The notes beneath the pieces were generated by a model. That model was not told the origin of the DNA. It did not search any database and saw nothing but the letters and a program-made list of their open reading frames with translations. Positions 40,156-49,382 of a stretch of 64,000 bases of DNA are shown piece by piece. Position numbers and translations under genes: made by a program. Source of the DNA: an uncultured cyanobacterium (GTDB lineage: Bacteria > Cyanobacteriota > Cyanobacteriia > Cyanobacteriales > CAWCAG01); assembly GCA_963793425.1 (NCBI GenBank), contig CAWCAG010000005.1, positions 2,048,001-2,112,000 on the forward strand. The letters run 5' to 3'. Positions within the stretch are counted from its first letter, which is position 1. Each line of letters starts with the position of its first letter.

Positions 40156-41469
40156 ATGGCAAATATGAAAACCTTAAGTTTAAGTACTGCGATCGCAGCA
40201 GCAATTGTTTGTTATGCAACTCCAGCCTTCTCTGCTAACCCCGATCATGTGCAGAGGTTACTAGAAACCAATCAATGTCCTCAATGTGACTTATCTGGGG
40301 CTGATTTAGGGGAAGCGAATTTATACGGGGCGAATTTAGTTAATGCTAACTTAACCGGGGCAAATCTGGCGGGGGCTAATTTAGGAGAAGCAGATTTTAC
40401 TGATGCTAACCTCACCGGGGCGAAACTCAACCAAGCTTACCTACGAGGGGCAATTTTAGAGAATACCAACTTAAGCAGTGCTGATTTAACTAACGCTTAT
40501 TTGCGAGATGCTGTGTTGATGGAAGCCGAAATTAACAACGCTAGTCTCCAGGGAGTTAATCTCAGCCGTACTAATTTGAGTGGCATTGATTTACAAGGAG
40601 TTAATTTAAGCAATGCTAACCTCAAAAACACGATCTTTAGCGGTTTTATTCCTGCTAATTTTAGTGGGGCAAATTCTTCTTTGGGTTTTGGTGCTTTTAT
40701 TCCTCAATTTTTTTATACTTCTTTATGTAACGAAAGTTTCGGTAGTTCTGATATTGTAGATGAGGAATTAGAAGAACTTGGCTTTACTCTTGGCAATTTA
40801 AAAGATGCCAATTTTAGTGGCGCAAATCTTAGTAACGCTATATTAATAGGAGCAGATTTAAGTAATGCCAACCTTAGCAATGCTAATTTAAGAAATACTT
40901 GTTTAGCTCAAGCTTCCCTTAAAAATGCTAATCTCGACAATGCCAATCTCCAAAATGCACAACTAAACTCAGCCATAGTAGAGAGGGCTAGTTTCCGGGG
41001 TGCAGAAGGAGTTAATTTAGAAGGAACCTACGCCACGGAAAGAGAAGCTTTTCTAGCCCCGAAACAATCCCAAGCCCTTTCTTCTGTTAGAGCTATGGGT
41101 AGAGCGCAGCAATATTACTACTCAGAAGAAGGAAGATTCACAACTAGTTTGGCAGAACTTGGTCTTGGTTTTGGTCCAGAAGACGAATTTTATCGTTATT
41201 TAGTTGTACTTCAAGGAGACAATACTCAAAAGGTAAAACTTGTTACCCAAGCAAAAGAAGCAGAATTAAAAAGTTACACCGGGGCAGTATTTGTAGTTCC
41301 CTTTCCAGAAGATCCTGATACTGAATATACTACAGTAACAATCATCTGTGAAAGCAATAGCCCTTCTAAAACTCCTCCTTCTATGCCAGAAACTCCGAAA
41401 AATATTGAGGCGGAAATTACTTGCCCTGTTGGTTCTAGTCCTATTGTAGGTTATAGTTATTATCCCTAA
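40156..41469 (+). CDS. Pentapeptide-repeat protein with a C-terminal type IV pilin-like G/H domain
   Basis: Signal, LL.TNQCPQCDLSGA, A(N/D)L repeats, then RAQQYYY.E...F, LKSYTGAV and ICES. Confidence 0.85.
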   Translation: MANMKTLSLSTAIAAAIVCYATPAFSANPDHVQRLLETNQCPQCDLSGADLGEANLYGANLVNANLTGANLAGANLGEADFTDANLTGAKLNQAYLRGAILENTNLSSADLTNAYLRDAVLMEAEINNASLQGVNLSRTNLSGIDLQGVNLSNANLKNTIFSGFIPANFSGANSSLGFGAFIPQFFYTSLCNESFGSSDIVDEELEELGFTLGNLKDANFSGANLSNAILIGADLSNANLSNANLRNTCLAQASLKNANLDNANLQNAQLNSAIVERASFRGAEGVNLEGTYATEREAFLAPKQSQALSSVRAMGRAQQYYYSEEGRFTTSLAELGLGFGPEDEFYRYLVVLQGDNTQKVKLVTQAKEAELKSYTGAVFVVPFPEDPDTEYTTVTIICESNSPSKTPPSMPETPKNIEAEITCPVGSSPIVGYSYYP

Positions 41470-41975
41470 AGGAAGCTTTGTAAAATTAATCGAAAATCTT
41501 CTTTAATTTGAGAAGCATTTTCTTCATTTAAAAGAGGAACATGAACAAAAATAGCAGAGGAGTTAAATTGACGTCTTTTTAAATGATGTAAAACATTATA
41601 ATAAAGTCCTTCACAAACAAACTTTCCTGCTTCATGGCTAATTTCTGTATGAACTAACTTAGTTATTAATCCTTCTAAATCCACAGCAGTAGATAATAAC
41701 TTCTCGCCACAACTAGCGCGAGACTCTATAGTTAATTGAGAACGAGATTCTGCCATGCCGCAACAAATTACTACCTGGGGACGTATATCTTCAATTTTAT
41801 TAATTGTTAAAATACTAGCTTGAGGAGTATTAACAGGAAGCTTTCTTAACCAAAACAAAGCAGCATTCCCTACAAATTCCTGTTGAAACATCTCTAATAA
41901 ATCATCGGAAGCATTAGACTTTTGATGAGGCAACCAAGTTTGAAAAGAAGTGAGGAGAACTTTGTTATTGAGCAT
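41466..41975 (-). CDS. Peptidase C15 (pyroglutamyl-peptidase I-like)
   Basis: LLTSFQ, SHEAGKFVCE and FVHVP motifs. Confidence 0.85.
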   Translation of the reverse strand: MLNNKVLLTSFQTWLPHQKSNASDDLLEMFQQEFVGNAALFWLRKLPVNTPQASILTINKIEDIRPQVVICCGMAESRSQLTIESRASCGEKLLSTAVDLEGLITKLVHTEISHEAGKFVCEGLYYNVLHHLKRRQFNSSAIFVHVPLLNEENASQIKEDFRLILQSFL

Positions 41976-42037
41976 TGATCATCTATTATTTGTTAAGGTT
42001 ATCTTTCCTAAACTTGCTAGCTAAATAGGGGATTTTC

Positions 42038-42667
42038 ATGCCAGCGATCGCAGTTATTGATTATGATATGGGAAATATGCACTCTGCTTGTAAAGGTTTA
42101 GAAAAAGCAGGGGCAACAACTAAAATAACTGACTCTGCAAAAGACATTGAACAAGCAGATGCCATCGTTTTACCTGGAGTAGGGGCTTTTGATCCGGCGG
42201 TACAACATTTAAGAAGCCGAGACTTAGTTAGTCCCCTCAAAGATGTAATCGCTTCCGGCAAGCCATTTTTAGGTATTTGTTTAGGTTTGCACATTCTCTT
42301 TGATGGTTCTGAAGAAGGTACAGAATCTGGTTTAGGTATTATCCCAGGAACTGTCCGTCGCTTTCATTCTGAACCAGGAATTACTATTCCTCACATGGGT
42401 TGGAATCAATTAGAATTTAGTCAACCGGAGCTTAATTTATGGCAAAATTTAGGGCATAATCCCTACGTTTATTTTGACCATTCCTATTATGTTGATCCTC
42501 TAGATCCTCAAGTTAAAGCCGCTACTGTTACCCACGGTTCTCAACAAATAACGGCTGCGATCGCCAAAGATAATTTATTAGCAGTACAATTTCACCCAGA
42601 AAAGTCTTCCACTGCGGGACTAAAGCTTTTATCTAATTTTGTCAAGACGGTAATTAATAATAACTAA
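42038..42667 (+). CDS. hisH: Imidazole glycerol phosphate synthase, glutaminase subunit
   Basis: LPGVGAF, GICLG, PHMGWN and QFHPEKS motifs. Confidence 0.96.
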   Translation: MPAIAVIDYDMGNMHSACKGLEKAGATTKITDSAKDIEQADAIVLPGVGAFDPAVQHLRSRDLVSPLKDVIASGKPFLGICLGLHILFDGSEEGTESGLGIIPGTVRRFHSEPGITIPHMGWNQLEFSQPELNLWQNLGHNPYVYFDHSYYVDPLDPQVKAATVTHGSQQITAAIAKDNLLAVQFHPEKSSTAGLKLLSNFVKTVINNN

Positions 42668-43206
42668 TGGCGGTAAGAATAGCTGGAAATAGACAACTAA
42701 AAACTTTACCAGGGCTAGAAACTCGTCCTACTTCTGCTAGGGTGAGATCAGCTTTGTTTAATATTTGGCAAGGTAGAATAGTGGGTTGCCGTTGGTTAGA
42801 TTTGTGTAGCGGTAGTGGGGCAATGGGGGCAGAAGCTTTGTGTAGAGAAGCAACTTATGTAATCGGAATTGAAAAATCCGGACGGGCTTGCAGCATTGTT
42901 AAGCAAAACTGGCAACAGGTGGCTCAACCACAGCAGGAATTTCGGGTTTTGCGGGGAGATGTGGTGTTAAAATTAAAAACCTTAGCAAAACAGCAGTTTG
43001 ACTGCATTTACTTCGACCCTCCCTACGCCAGCGATTTATATCAACCAGTCTTAGAAGCGATCGCTAACCATAACTTATTAACTCCCGGTGGAGAAATTGC
43101 TGTAGAACACAACCCAAAATTCTGGGCAGCTACACCCATAAACAACCTCACCATCTCCCGCCAAAAAACCTACGGCAAAACCAATCTAACTTTCTACAAT
43201 CAATGA
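42667..43206 (+). CDS. rsmD: 16S rRNA m2G966 methyltransferase
   Basis: TRPT, LDLCSGSG and FDPPY motifs. Confidence 0.93.
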   Translation: MAVRIAGNRQLKTLPGLETRPTSARVRSALFNIWQGRIVGCRWLDLCSGSGAMGAEALCREATYVIGIEKSGRACSIVKQNWQQVAQPQQEFRVLRGDVVLKLKTLAKQQFDCIYFDPPYASDLYQPVLEAIANHNLLTPGGEIAVEHNPKFWAATPINNLTISRQKTYGKTNLTFYNQ

Positions 43207-43224
43207 TCAATGATCATTGATCAT

Positions 43225-43257
43225 TGATGTCTACGATAACGGCAAGCCAAACAATGA
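43225..43257 (-). repeat. ~33-bp small dispersed repeat (copy 3), within ATCATTG/CAATGAT heptamers
   Basis: Reverse complement TCATTGTTTGGCTTGCCGTTATCGTAGACATCA. Confidence 0.75.
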
Positions 43258-43264
43258 TTGTTGA

Positions 43265-43381
43265 TCAATCGATTCCTAAATCGTTGCCACGCTTGTACTG
43301 CATATAAGCAGCAAAAAACAGACCAGCTAGGGTAACGGGTACTAAACCAAGAACCATGCCGAGTAACATCGGTTCAATCAT
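43265..43381 (-). CDS. petG: Cytochrome b6f subunit V
   Basis: Hand translation [38 protein letters not shown]. Confidence 0.96.
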   Translation of the reverse strand: MIEPMLLGMVLGLVPVTLAGLFFAAYMQYKRGNDLGID

Positions 43382-43620
43382 TTTATTGCTCCTTTGTCAT
43401 ACTTGTTCACCTAATTTCTTATCGTACTCGACAAGGGAGATTTCGCCTACAAATTAATAAGCATAAAAAGATTTCCCTTGCTTCCTTCCTCCATAAATTT
43501 TAAGCTATGTTTAGGAATCGAAATATTTAGAGAAGTTCTGTCATCCAGATTGCTTTTTTAATATATTGATTATTTCTGTTATTTTAAGATCCTCCATTTT
43601 TAAACTTGCCCCCTTGTTAT

Positions 43621-43998
43621 GTGTCAGTGAACAATGAATTAACCCCAGAAACAATACCGGTACAGCGAATCATCTGGTTCGCCGTAGCAATTGCCTTGTT
43701 TATATTAGTCAGTATCTTTGCTGTCCAAGTTCGTACAGCAGATCCTTATATCCAAGAAGTCTTATCCATTCAAGGCGATACAGCCAAGGGTCATGCTATT
43801 TTCCAAATCAACTGTGCCGCTTGTCATGGAAGCCATGGTAATGGTCATGTTGGCCCCAGCCTGCACGACGTACCTAAGCGTAAGTCCAAAGCTGGTTTAA
43901 TACATCAAGTCGTTAGCGGCGACACCCCACCCATGCCCAAATTTCAACCTAATCCACAACAAATGGCAGATTTGTTGAGTTATTTGGAAAAGTTTTAG
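43621..43998 (+). CDS. cytM: Cytochrome cM
   Basis: TM helix, CAACH and SGDTPPMPKFQP; divergent from petG; start uncertain. Confidence 0.88.
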   Translation: MSVNNELTPETIPVQRIIWFAVAIALFILVSIFAVQVRTADPYIQEVLSIQGDTAKGHAIFQINCAACHGSHGNGHVGPSLHDVPKRKSKAGLIHQVVSGDTPPMPKFQPNPQQMADLLSYLEKF

Positions 43999-44042
43999 GG
44001 CTTTGGTTCAAAGCTTTCAAGTTTGATATTTATGGTGAGTAA

Positions 44043-44236
44043 TTAATCTAAGAGCATTTCTGGCAAACTTTTGATTACTCTATTGAAAGGCTCGGTATCG
44101 TCTAGAATTCTCACCAAAATTAATGCTCCTTGGATTTTGGTCATGGCATCTAGCGATCGCACTTTGGCAATTTCTGGTTCAATCCCCACATCTATCAAGA
44201 CTTGAGCTAATGTTTCGATTATCTGTTGCAATCTTG
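44043..44236 (-). pseudogene. C-terminal remnant of a TetR-family (LmrA/YxaF-like) regulator
   Basis: A..RS.DA...IQGALIL.RIL.D.EPF.RV...LP..LL tail; no HTH domain upstream. Confidence 0.7.
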
Positions 44237-44262
44237 TTTTGTACCGAACGCACGGTACAAAA
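44237..44262. promoter_or_regulatory. Perfect palindrome, probable TetR-type operator
   Basis: TTTTGTACCG-AACGCA-CGGTACAAAA, 30 nt upstream of the VOC-GST ATG. Confidence 0.65.
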
Positions 44263-44292
44263 AACTGGATTTTCTCACGCAGGCTGAAAACC

Positions 44293-45315
44293 ATGAAAAT
44301 TATTGATTATGAACATATAGGTATTCGTGTTAGTGATCGCTTTGAAGCTCTAAAATTCTATGAAAAAATAGGATTTACCGAAGAAAGGTATTTTCCAAAA
44401 GACCAAGCAAGTGAGTTAGTTACAGCCGATGGTGTTTATCTTAATTTGATATTCAATGGAGCAAAACGTCATCGTAATATTCTCATGGATGAGCCTATCA
44501 AGTACCCAGGAGTTACTCACCCTGCCTTTATTGTTGACGATTTAGATCAACTGCTAAAAAAATTAGAACAAGAAAATATTCCAGTCACAGAAGGACCAAT
44601 TTATTTGGGAAAACGTCGTCGAGTTTGTTTCATCCGTGATCCTGATGGCAACGTATTAGAGTTCGATCAAATCTATCCATCTATTGCCAAACAAGATACT
44701 CAAAAGGTTTCGATCATGAAATTACACGACTTAGAGCTTTCGGGAAATTGTTACAAAATACGCTTATTTTTATCATTGCTGGATATTAAGTATGAGCTTG
44801 TGAGTGTTGATTTTATGGCTGGACAACACAAATCATCAGAATTTTTGCAATTAAATCCTTTGGGACAAATTCCTGTGTTAGAAGATGACGATCTAATTTT
44901 GAGAGACTCTCAAGCAATTCTAGTTTACCTAGCTAAAAAATATGGCGGAGAAGCTTGGTTTCCTAGCGATTCAGCAGGAATGGCGCAAGTAACTCAATGG
45001 TTATCAATAGCAACAAACGAAATTGCCCGTAGCTGTAATGATGCAAGGCTTAATCAGAAGTTTGGTTTTGCCGTTGACTTAGAAGCAGCCCAACAGAAAG
45101 CAGAGTCGATTCTCAATATAATTGAACAACATTTAAAGCAACGTCAATGGTTAGCTTTAGATCGTCCTACTATTGCGGATATCGCTTGTTTCCCCTATAT
45201 TGCTTTGTCACCGGAAGGCGGTATTTTTTTAGATAAATATTTAGCCATCAATCAATGGTGTGATCGCATTAAAAAACTACCATTGTTTATGGGAATGCCG
45301 GGAATAACTATGTAA
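44293..45315 (+). CDS. VOC/glyoxalase-glutathione S-transferase fusion
   Basis: EHIGIRV, HPAF.VDD and RDPDGNVLE, then in frame from Met at 44716: SGNCYK, NPLGQIPVL, DSQAILVYLA, TIADIA. Confidence 0.85.
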   Translation: MKIIDYEHIGIRVSDRFEALKFYEKIGFTEERYFPKDQASELVTADGVYLNLIFNGAKRHRNILMDEPIKYPGVTHPAFIVDDLDQLLKKLEQENIPVTEGPIYLGKRRRVCFIRDPDGNVLEFDQIYPSIAKQDTQKVSIMKLHDLELSGNCYKIRLFLSLLDIKYELVSVDFMAGQHKSSEFLQLNPLGQIPVLEDDDLILRDSQAILVYLAKKYGGEAWFPSDSAGMAQVTQWLSIATNEIARSCNDARLNQKFGFAVDLEAAQQKAESILNIIEQHLKQRQWLALDRPTIADIACFPYIALSPEGGIFLDKYLAINQWCDRIKKLPLFMGMPGITM

Positions 45316-45342
45316 TTAAAAACTACTATAAACATTTGACGA

Positions 45343-47067
45343 TTATTGAAACTGTCTAGCATGGAAAGTTGCATAACGCCCTTCTTTAGTTAATAACTCT
45401 TCATGAGTGCCAGATTCAACAATTTGCCCCTTTTCTAACACTAAAATGCGGGTTGCACTGCGGACAGTTGCTAGGCGGTGGGCGATGACAAAGACGGTGC
45501 GATCTTCCATAATGCGTTGCAAAGCCTCTTGTACCAAAGCTTCTGATTCTGAATCTAATGCAGAGGTAGCTTCATCTAAAATTAAGATGCGGGGATTTAG
45601 TAAAACTGCACGGGCGATCGCAATTCTTTGTTTTTGTCCCCCGGAAAGGTTAACTCCCCTTTCTCCTACATAGGTATGGTAGCCTTGAGAAAATTGGCTG
45701 ATGAATTGGTGGGCGTTGGCTATTTTAGCGGCAGATTCGATGTCTTTGAGGTTATACTCTGTTTGTCCGAAGGCAATATTTTGGGCAATGGTTCCGGAAA
45801 AGAGGATCGTTTCTTGGGGAACAATACCAATTTGGCGACGGAGGCTTTTTAAAGTTACTTTTTGAATATCAATACCATCAAGGAGAATTTGACCTCCTTG
45901 GGGATCATAGAAGCGGGGTAGGAGGTTGATAATGGTGGTTTTTCCTGCCCCGGAAGATCCGACTAAAGCGATGGTGTCTCCTGGATGGGCGAGGAAGCTG
46001 AGGTTTTGTAAGACTGGTTGATTGCTGTGGTAAGCGAAGTTAATGTTTTGGTACTGCACCTTCCCGGTTACATTAGGGAGGTTGTTTGCTTCAGGGTGTT
46101 CTTTTACTGTTGGTTCAATAGCGACAAGTTCAAATACCCGATCTACTGAAGCTTCCCCTTCTTTAAACTCATTGTAGTTACTGGTGGTAATGGCAATAGG
46201 ATCAATTAATAAAGCAACGGCAGCGATGTAAGCAACGAAATCGCTACCGGTTAAGTTACCTTGAGAAATTTGCCATCCCCCCAAGAAAAAGAGCAAAATT
46301 ACACTCATGGCTTCGAGGAAACCAACAGCAACGAATTGAAAGGCTTTCACTTTTTCGGCTAAATACTTGGCACGGCGATTTTGTTCTGCTTCTTGGGCAA
46401 AGCGTTGAATTTCATAATCTTCTGCTGCAAAAGCTTTGACTAAACGAATACCGCTAAATACTTCTGTGAGGAGGGAAGAGAGGTTGGAAATGCGATTTTG
46501 ACTACGGCGGGAAAATTTAAGTAATCTTTCTCCGAATGCCCCAATTAAAATTGCCATTGCTGGGGCAATAATCAGGGCAGCAAGGGTTAATTGCCAGTTG
46601 AGGTAAAACATATAACCCAAAACTACGATCAGTTGCAAGACACAAGGTACAAACTGATGGAATATTTTGTTAATCACTTCCCCCACCCGATCTGTATCTT
46701 CAGTGAGGCGATAGGCTAAGTCGCCTGTTTTGGCAGTTTCAAAATAATCAAGGCTTAGTTGTTGCAAATGAGAGTAAACCTGCTTGCGTAAGTTAAGGGA
46801 GATTTTCAAGGCCGCTTTGGCCATTAAAGCATCTTGCCCATATTGCACAGCACCCCGAATTAAGAAAATAACCGCAGCCACTCCTGCTAATTGTGCGATC
46901 GCCTGAATATTTCCTTCCCCAATGTAGCCAGCCATCCTCCCGGCTAACCAAGCTAAAATGGGCCAAAATACTGTGAAGGCTAAGGTACAACTTAAGGCTT
47001 TAACAATCGTACTTGTTTGAGAACGTATTTGCGGTAAAAGTAACCAATAACTAGAGCGTTTTTGCAT
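45343..47067 (-). CDS. ABC exporter, fused permease/ATPase (MsbA-like)
   Basis: TM domain, GSSGAGKT, LSGGQKQR and DEATSALD motifs. Confidence 0.93.
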   Translation of the reverse strand: MQKRSSYWLLLPQIRSQTSTIVKALSCTLAFTVFWPILAWLAGRMAGYIGEGNIQAIAQLAGVAAVIFLIRGAVQYGQDALMAKAALKISLNLRKQVYSHLQQLSLDYFETAKTGDLAYRLTEDTDRVGEVINKIFHQFVPCVLQLIVVLGYMFYLNWQLTLAALIIAPAMAILIGAFGERLLKFSRRSQNRISNLSSLLTEVFSGIRLVKAFAAEDYEIQRFAQEAEQNRRAKYLAEKVKAFQFVAVGFLEAMSVILLFFLGGWQISQGNLTGSDFVAYIAAVALLIDPIAITTSNYNEFKEGEASVDRVFELVAIEPTVKEHPEANNLPNVTGKVQYQNINFAYHSNQPVLQNLSFLAHPGDTIALVGSSGAGKTTIINLLPRFYDPQGGQILLDGIDIQKVTLKSLRRQIGIVPQETILFSGTIAQNIAFGQTEYNLKDIESAAKIANAHQFISQFSQGYHTYVGERGVNLSGGQKQRIAIARAVLLNPRILILDEATSALDSESEALVQEALQRIMEDRTVFVIAHRLATVRSATRILVLEKGQIVESGTHEELLTKEGRYATFHARQFQ

Positions 47068-47080
47068 AACCTTCTTTACT

Positions 47081-47212
47081 TATTTCCATGTCGTTTATTT
47101 TGAATCCACTGAAGATTTAGATATTGCTGATATTGATATTAGCGATATTTTGCTGGCGATCGCTCGCCGGGTAAGTGAAAGTTTGGAAGCAGCCAAAGTT
47201 CATTTAAAGTAG
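47081..47212 (+). pseudogene. Internal fragment of the same P-loop ATPase family as 2670-3272
   Basis: Hand translation YFHVVYFESTEDLDIADIDISDILLAIARRVSESLEAAKVHLK*. Confidence 0.65.
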
Positions 47213-47377
47213 AGTCTGTCGAAAGTTTAGTAGAAGGCTTGGACAAACTGTTAAATAGAGGTTGCCTATGATTAAGGCATATTTGACTAACTACCCGGAG
47301 AAGAATGTTTGGGAAGGGGGCAAGTTGTGTCCAGGAATTATTGAAAAGTACTGAATGGGGAGCGATCGCAGATACCG

Positions 47378-47583
47378 CCAAGGATTAAAATTCTTGGCTC
47401 ATAGCTTAAGTCATCTCCAAGATGACTCGGAAAATAACCATTGGGGTAAAATAATACTATTCCTTCTCAAGTACGTAGGCAAATCTTAACCCCCTTCAGT
47501 AAATCCCCCACCTAGCCACAACCATAAAACCCTTAGTCATGTTCAGATGACTTTAGCTGTGAGCCACAGAATTTATTCTGGGG
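47378..47583. repeat. Inverted pair of ~49-bp double-hairpin elements (REPIN/MITE-like)
   Basis: CCAAGGATTAAAATTCTTGGCTCATAGCTTAAGTCATCTCCAAGATGACT ... AGTCATGTTCAGATGACTTTAGCTGTGAGCCACAGAATTTATTCTGGGG. Confidence 0.75.
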
Positions 47584-47629
47584 GAGATTGTTCTAATGCC
47601 CAAGAATTTTGTTTATATACAATTGCTAT

Positions 47630-48304
47630 ATGCTAAAAAGAATTGCTTTAATTTGCTTATTCCTTACCTTCGGAATCTGCGGCGCATTTTACTATTATTG
47701 GAGTCAGTTTACTAAAATTCCTCAATGGTATAGCGAAGCAGAAGAAAGTGCGCTCCCAACTGATGCTCCTACTACTCAAGCAAATAAACAACAAGTACAA
47801 AGTAAAATTGCTAGTCAAATTCAACCTCAAATTGGTAATGGAGAAGTTGAGGTTAAATTAAATCCAGAAGATGTTAATGAGCTTTTGGTTGCTAATATCG
47901 CTAGGAATAAAAAAGGTAGTGCTTTGTTGCAAACGACCAAAGGGGTAAGAACAACTATTAGAGATGATTCTGTAGAAATTGGGGCGGTGGTTAATACGGC
48001 GGAACTTAGTCAGCAAGAAGCAAAGATTGAACAAGCAATTGCTAAGTTTCCTCTTCTCAAAAATCGTGATATTTATGTCGCAGTTGAAGGCCAGCCGACA
48101 GCAATTAATGGGCAGTTACAATTTGATGAGAATACTTTGATTAAAGTAGGTAATCTTAGTATGACAGTTACCGAAACTGCCCAAAGGTTAGGAGTTTCTC
48201 CAGATAAACTTTTACGCAATTTAACTGTTAAATCAGAATTAATTCAAGTTCAGGATATTGAATTTGGTAATGAAGAAATTATTTTTAAAGGTAATAGAAA
48301 TTGA
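47630..48304 (+). CDS. Hypothetical membrane-anchored protein
   Basis: N-terminal TM helix and an intact 224-aa ORF. Confidence 0.75.
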   Translation: MLKRIALICLFLTFGICGAFYYYWSQFTKIPQWYSEAEESALPTDAPTTQANKQQVQSKIASQIQPQIGNGEVEVKLNPEDVNELLVANIARNKKGSALLQTTKGVRTTIRDDSVEIGAVVNTAELSQQEAKIEQAIAKFPLLKNRDIYVAVEGQPTAINGQLQFDENTLIKVGNLSMTVTETAQRLGVSPDKLLRNLTVKSELIQVQDIEFGNEEIIFKGNRN

Positions 48305-48331
48305 GTTTTCCTAGAAGCAATAGGTGAAATA

Positions 48332-48480
48332 TTGGTAGATTTTTTAATTAGACCAGGAATCAAGCAAGATTTTGCTACAGTTGCCTCTATTTATAATGAG
48401 TCTATCGCTGCGGAAAATAGTACTATGGATGAGGATTTCTATACGGCTGAAAATGTAGGATCGCTAGTAGATAAATTTAA
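48332..48480 (+). pseudogene. 5' remnant of a GNAT (YncA/Pat-like) acetyltransferase
   Basis: IRPG...D...VASIYNESI....ST; the homology is lost after about 48480. Confidence 0.6.
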
Positions 48481-49290
48481 TGTTTTACAAACAGCTTTAC
48501 TGATGAATTATTATCTAAGTACACCAAATCAAATATTACAAATATATCCAATAGTAGTAACATAAAAGTAGTAAACAATGTTGGTTTTGACTATACTCAG
48601 ACACGCGAGCTATTCCTAGATTTATTTGAGTCAAACTTTCCTAAATTACGAAAAGTTGCTGTAGAAGAAGCTGGAATTAGAGTACAAGCATTCCTCCAAA
48701 AATTCTTTGGTGAAGCTTCGCGTTATCTCAAATCTGAAGATATAGATTACTTTAAAGAACCTGATTTTCAGTTTATTTTATATAGTGCAATTGAATCGGC
48801 AGCCAGAAGAGATTCTGCAACTTTAAGAAGTGTTCTTGCTTCCCTGTTGATTAAAACAATTAAGACCGGAAACGCAGAAGCAAAACAACAAATTTATAAA
48901 GAAGCAATAGCTGCAGCAGGTCGATTATCAATAAAGCAATTAAAGTTTATTACTTTAAATTTTCTTCTGTATCATCAAATTTTTAAGATAAAAGCAGAAT
49001 CTTGGCTTGATTTAGAGAGTTATTTTGAGAACAAAGTTAAGGCATTTATAGATGTTTCCAATGCTTATGCTACATATGCTGATGTTTGTCACATCGCTCA
49101 ATGTTGCCAGTGCAGCTTCTCTTTTTCTAATATTGCCTCATCTCATAGTCTTGAAAAAGCAGGACATAATTACGCTAATATGTTTCTCTATAAAGATAAA
49201 GAGCTTGCACTTATACTTACTCAAAAAGATGACTTTATGGTGGGTGACGAAGAAAATGTCAATGATTTTATGAACAGATCAAACAGCTAG
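48481..49290 (+). pseudogene. 5'-truncated LPO_1073/Vpar_1526-like gene
   Basis: Frame open from 48481 with no early start codon; LF..NFPKL...A, F.EPDFQF.L..A...AAR and EAI....RL...Q motifs. Confidence 0.55.
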
Positions 49291-49382
49291 GAAAAGAAAG
49301 TCCTTCAAAGTAGGAAAAAATAAACCTGACCTCCGCTAGATATGTCAGTATGTAATTTTAACCTCTTAAGCAAATCCTCGAA

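Noticed and set aside
47139..47381. 80-aa minus-strand ORF
   Set aside because: It is antisense to an ATPase remnant and has no recognisable motifs.
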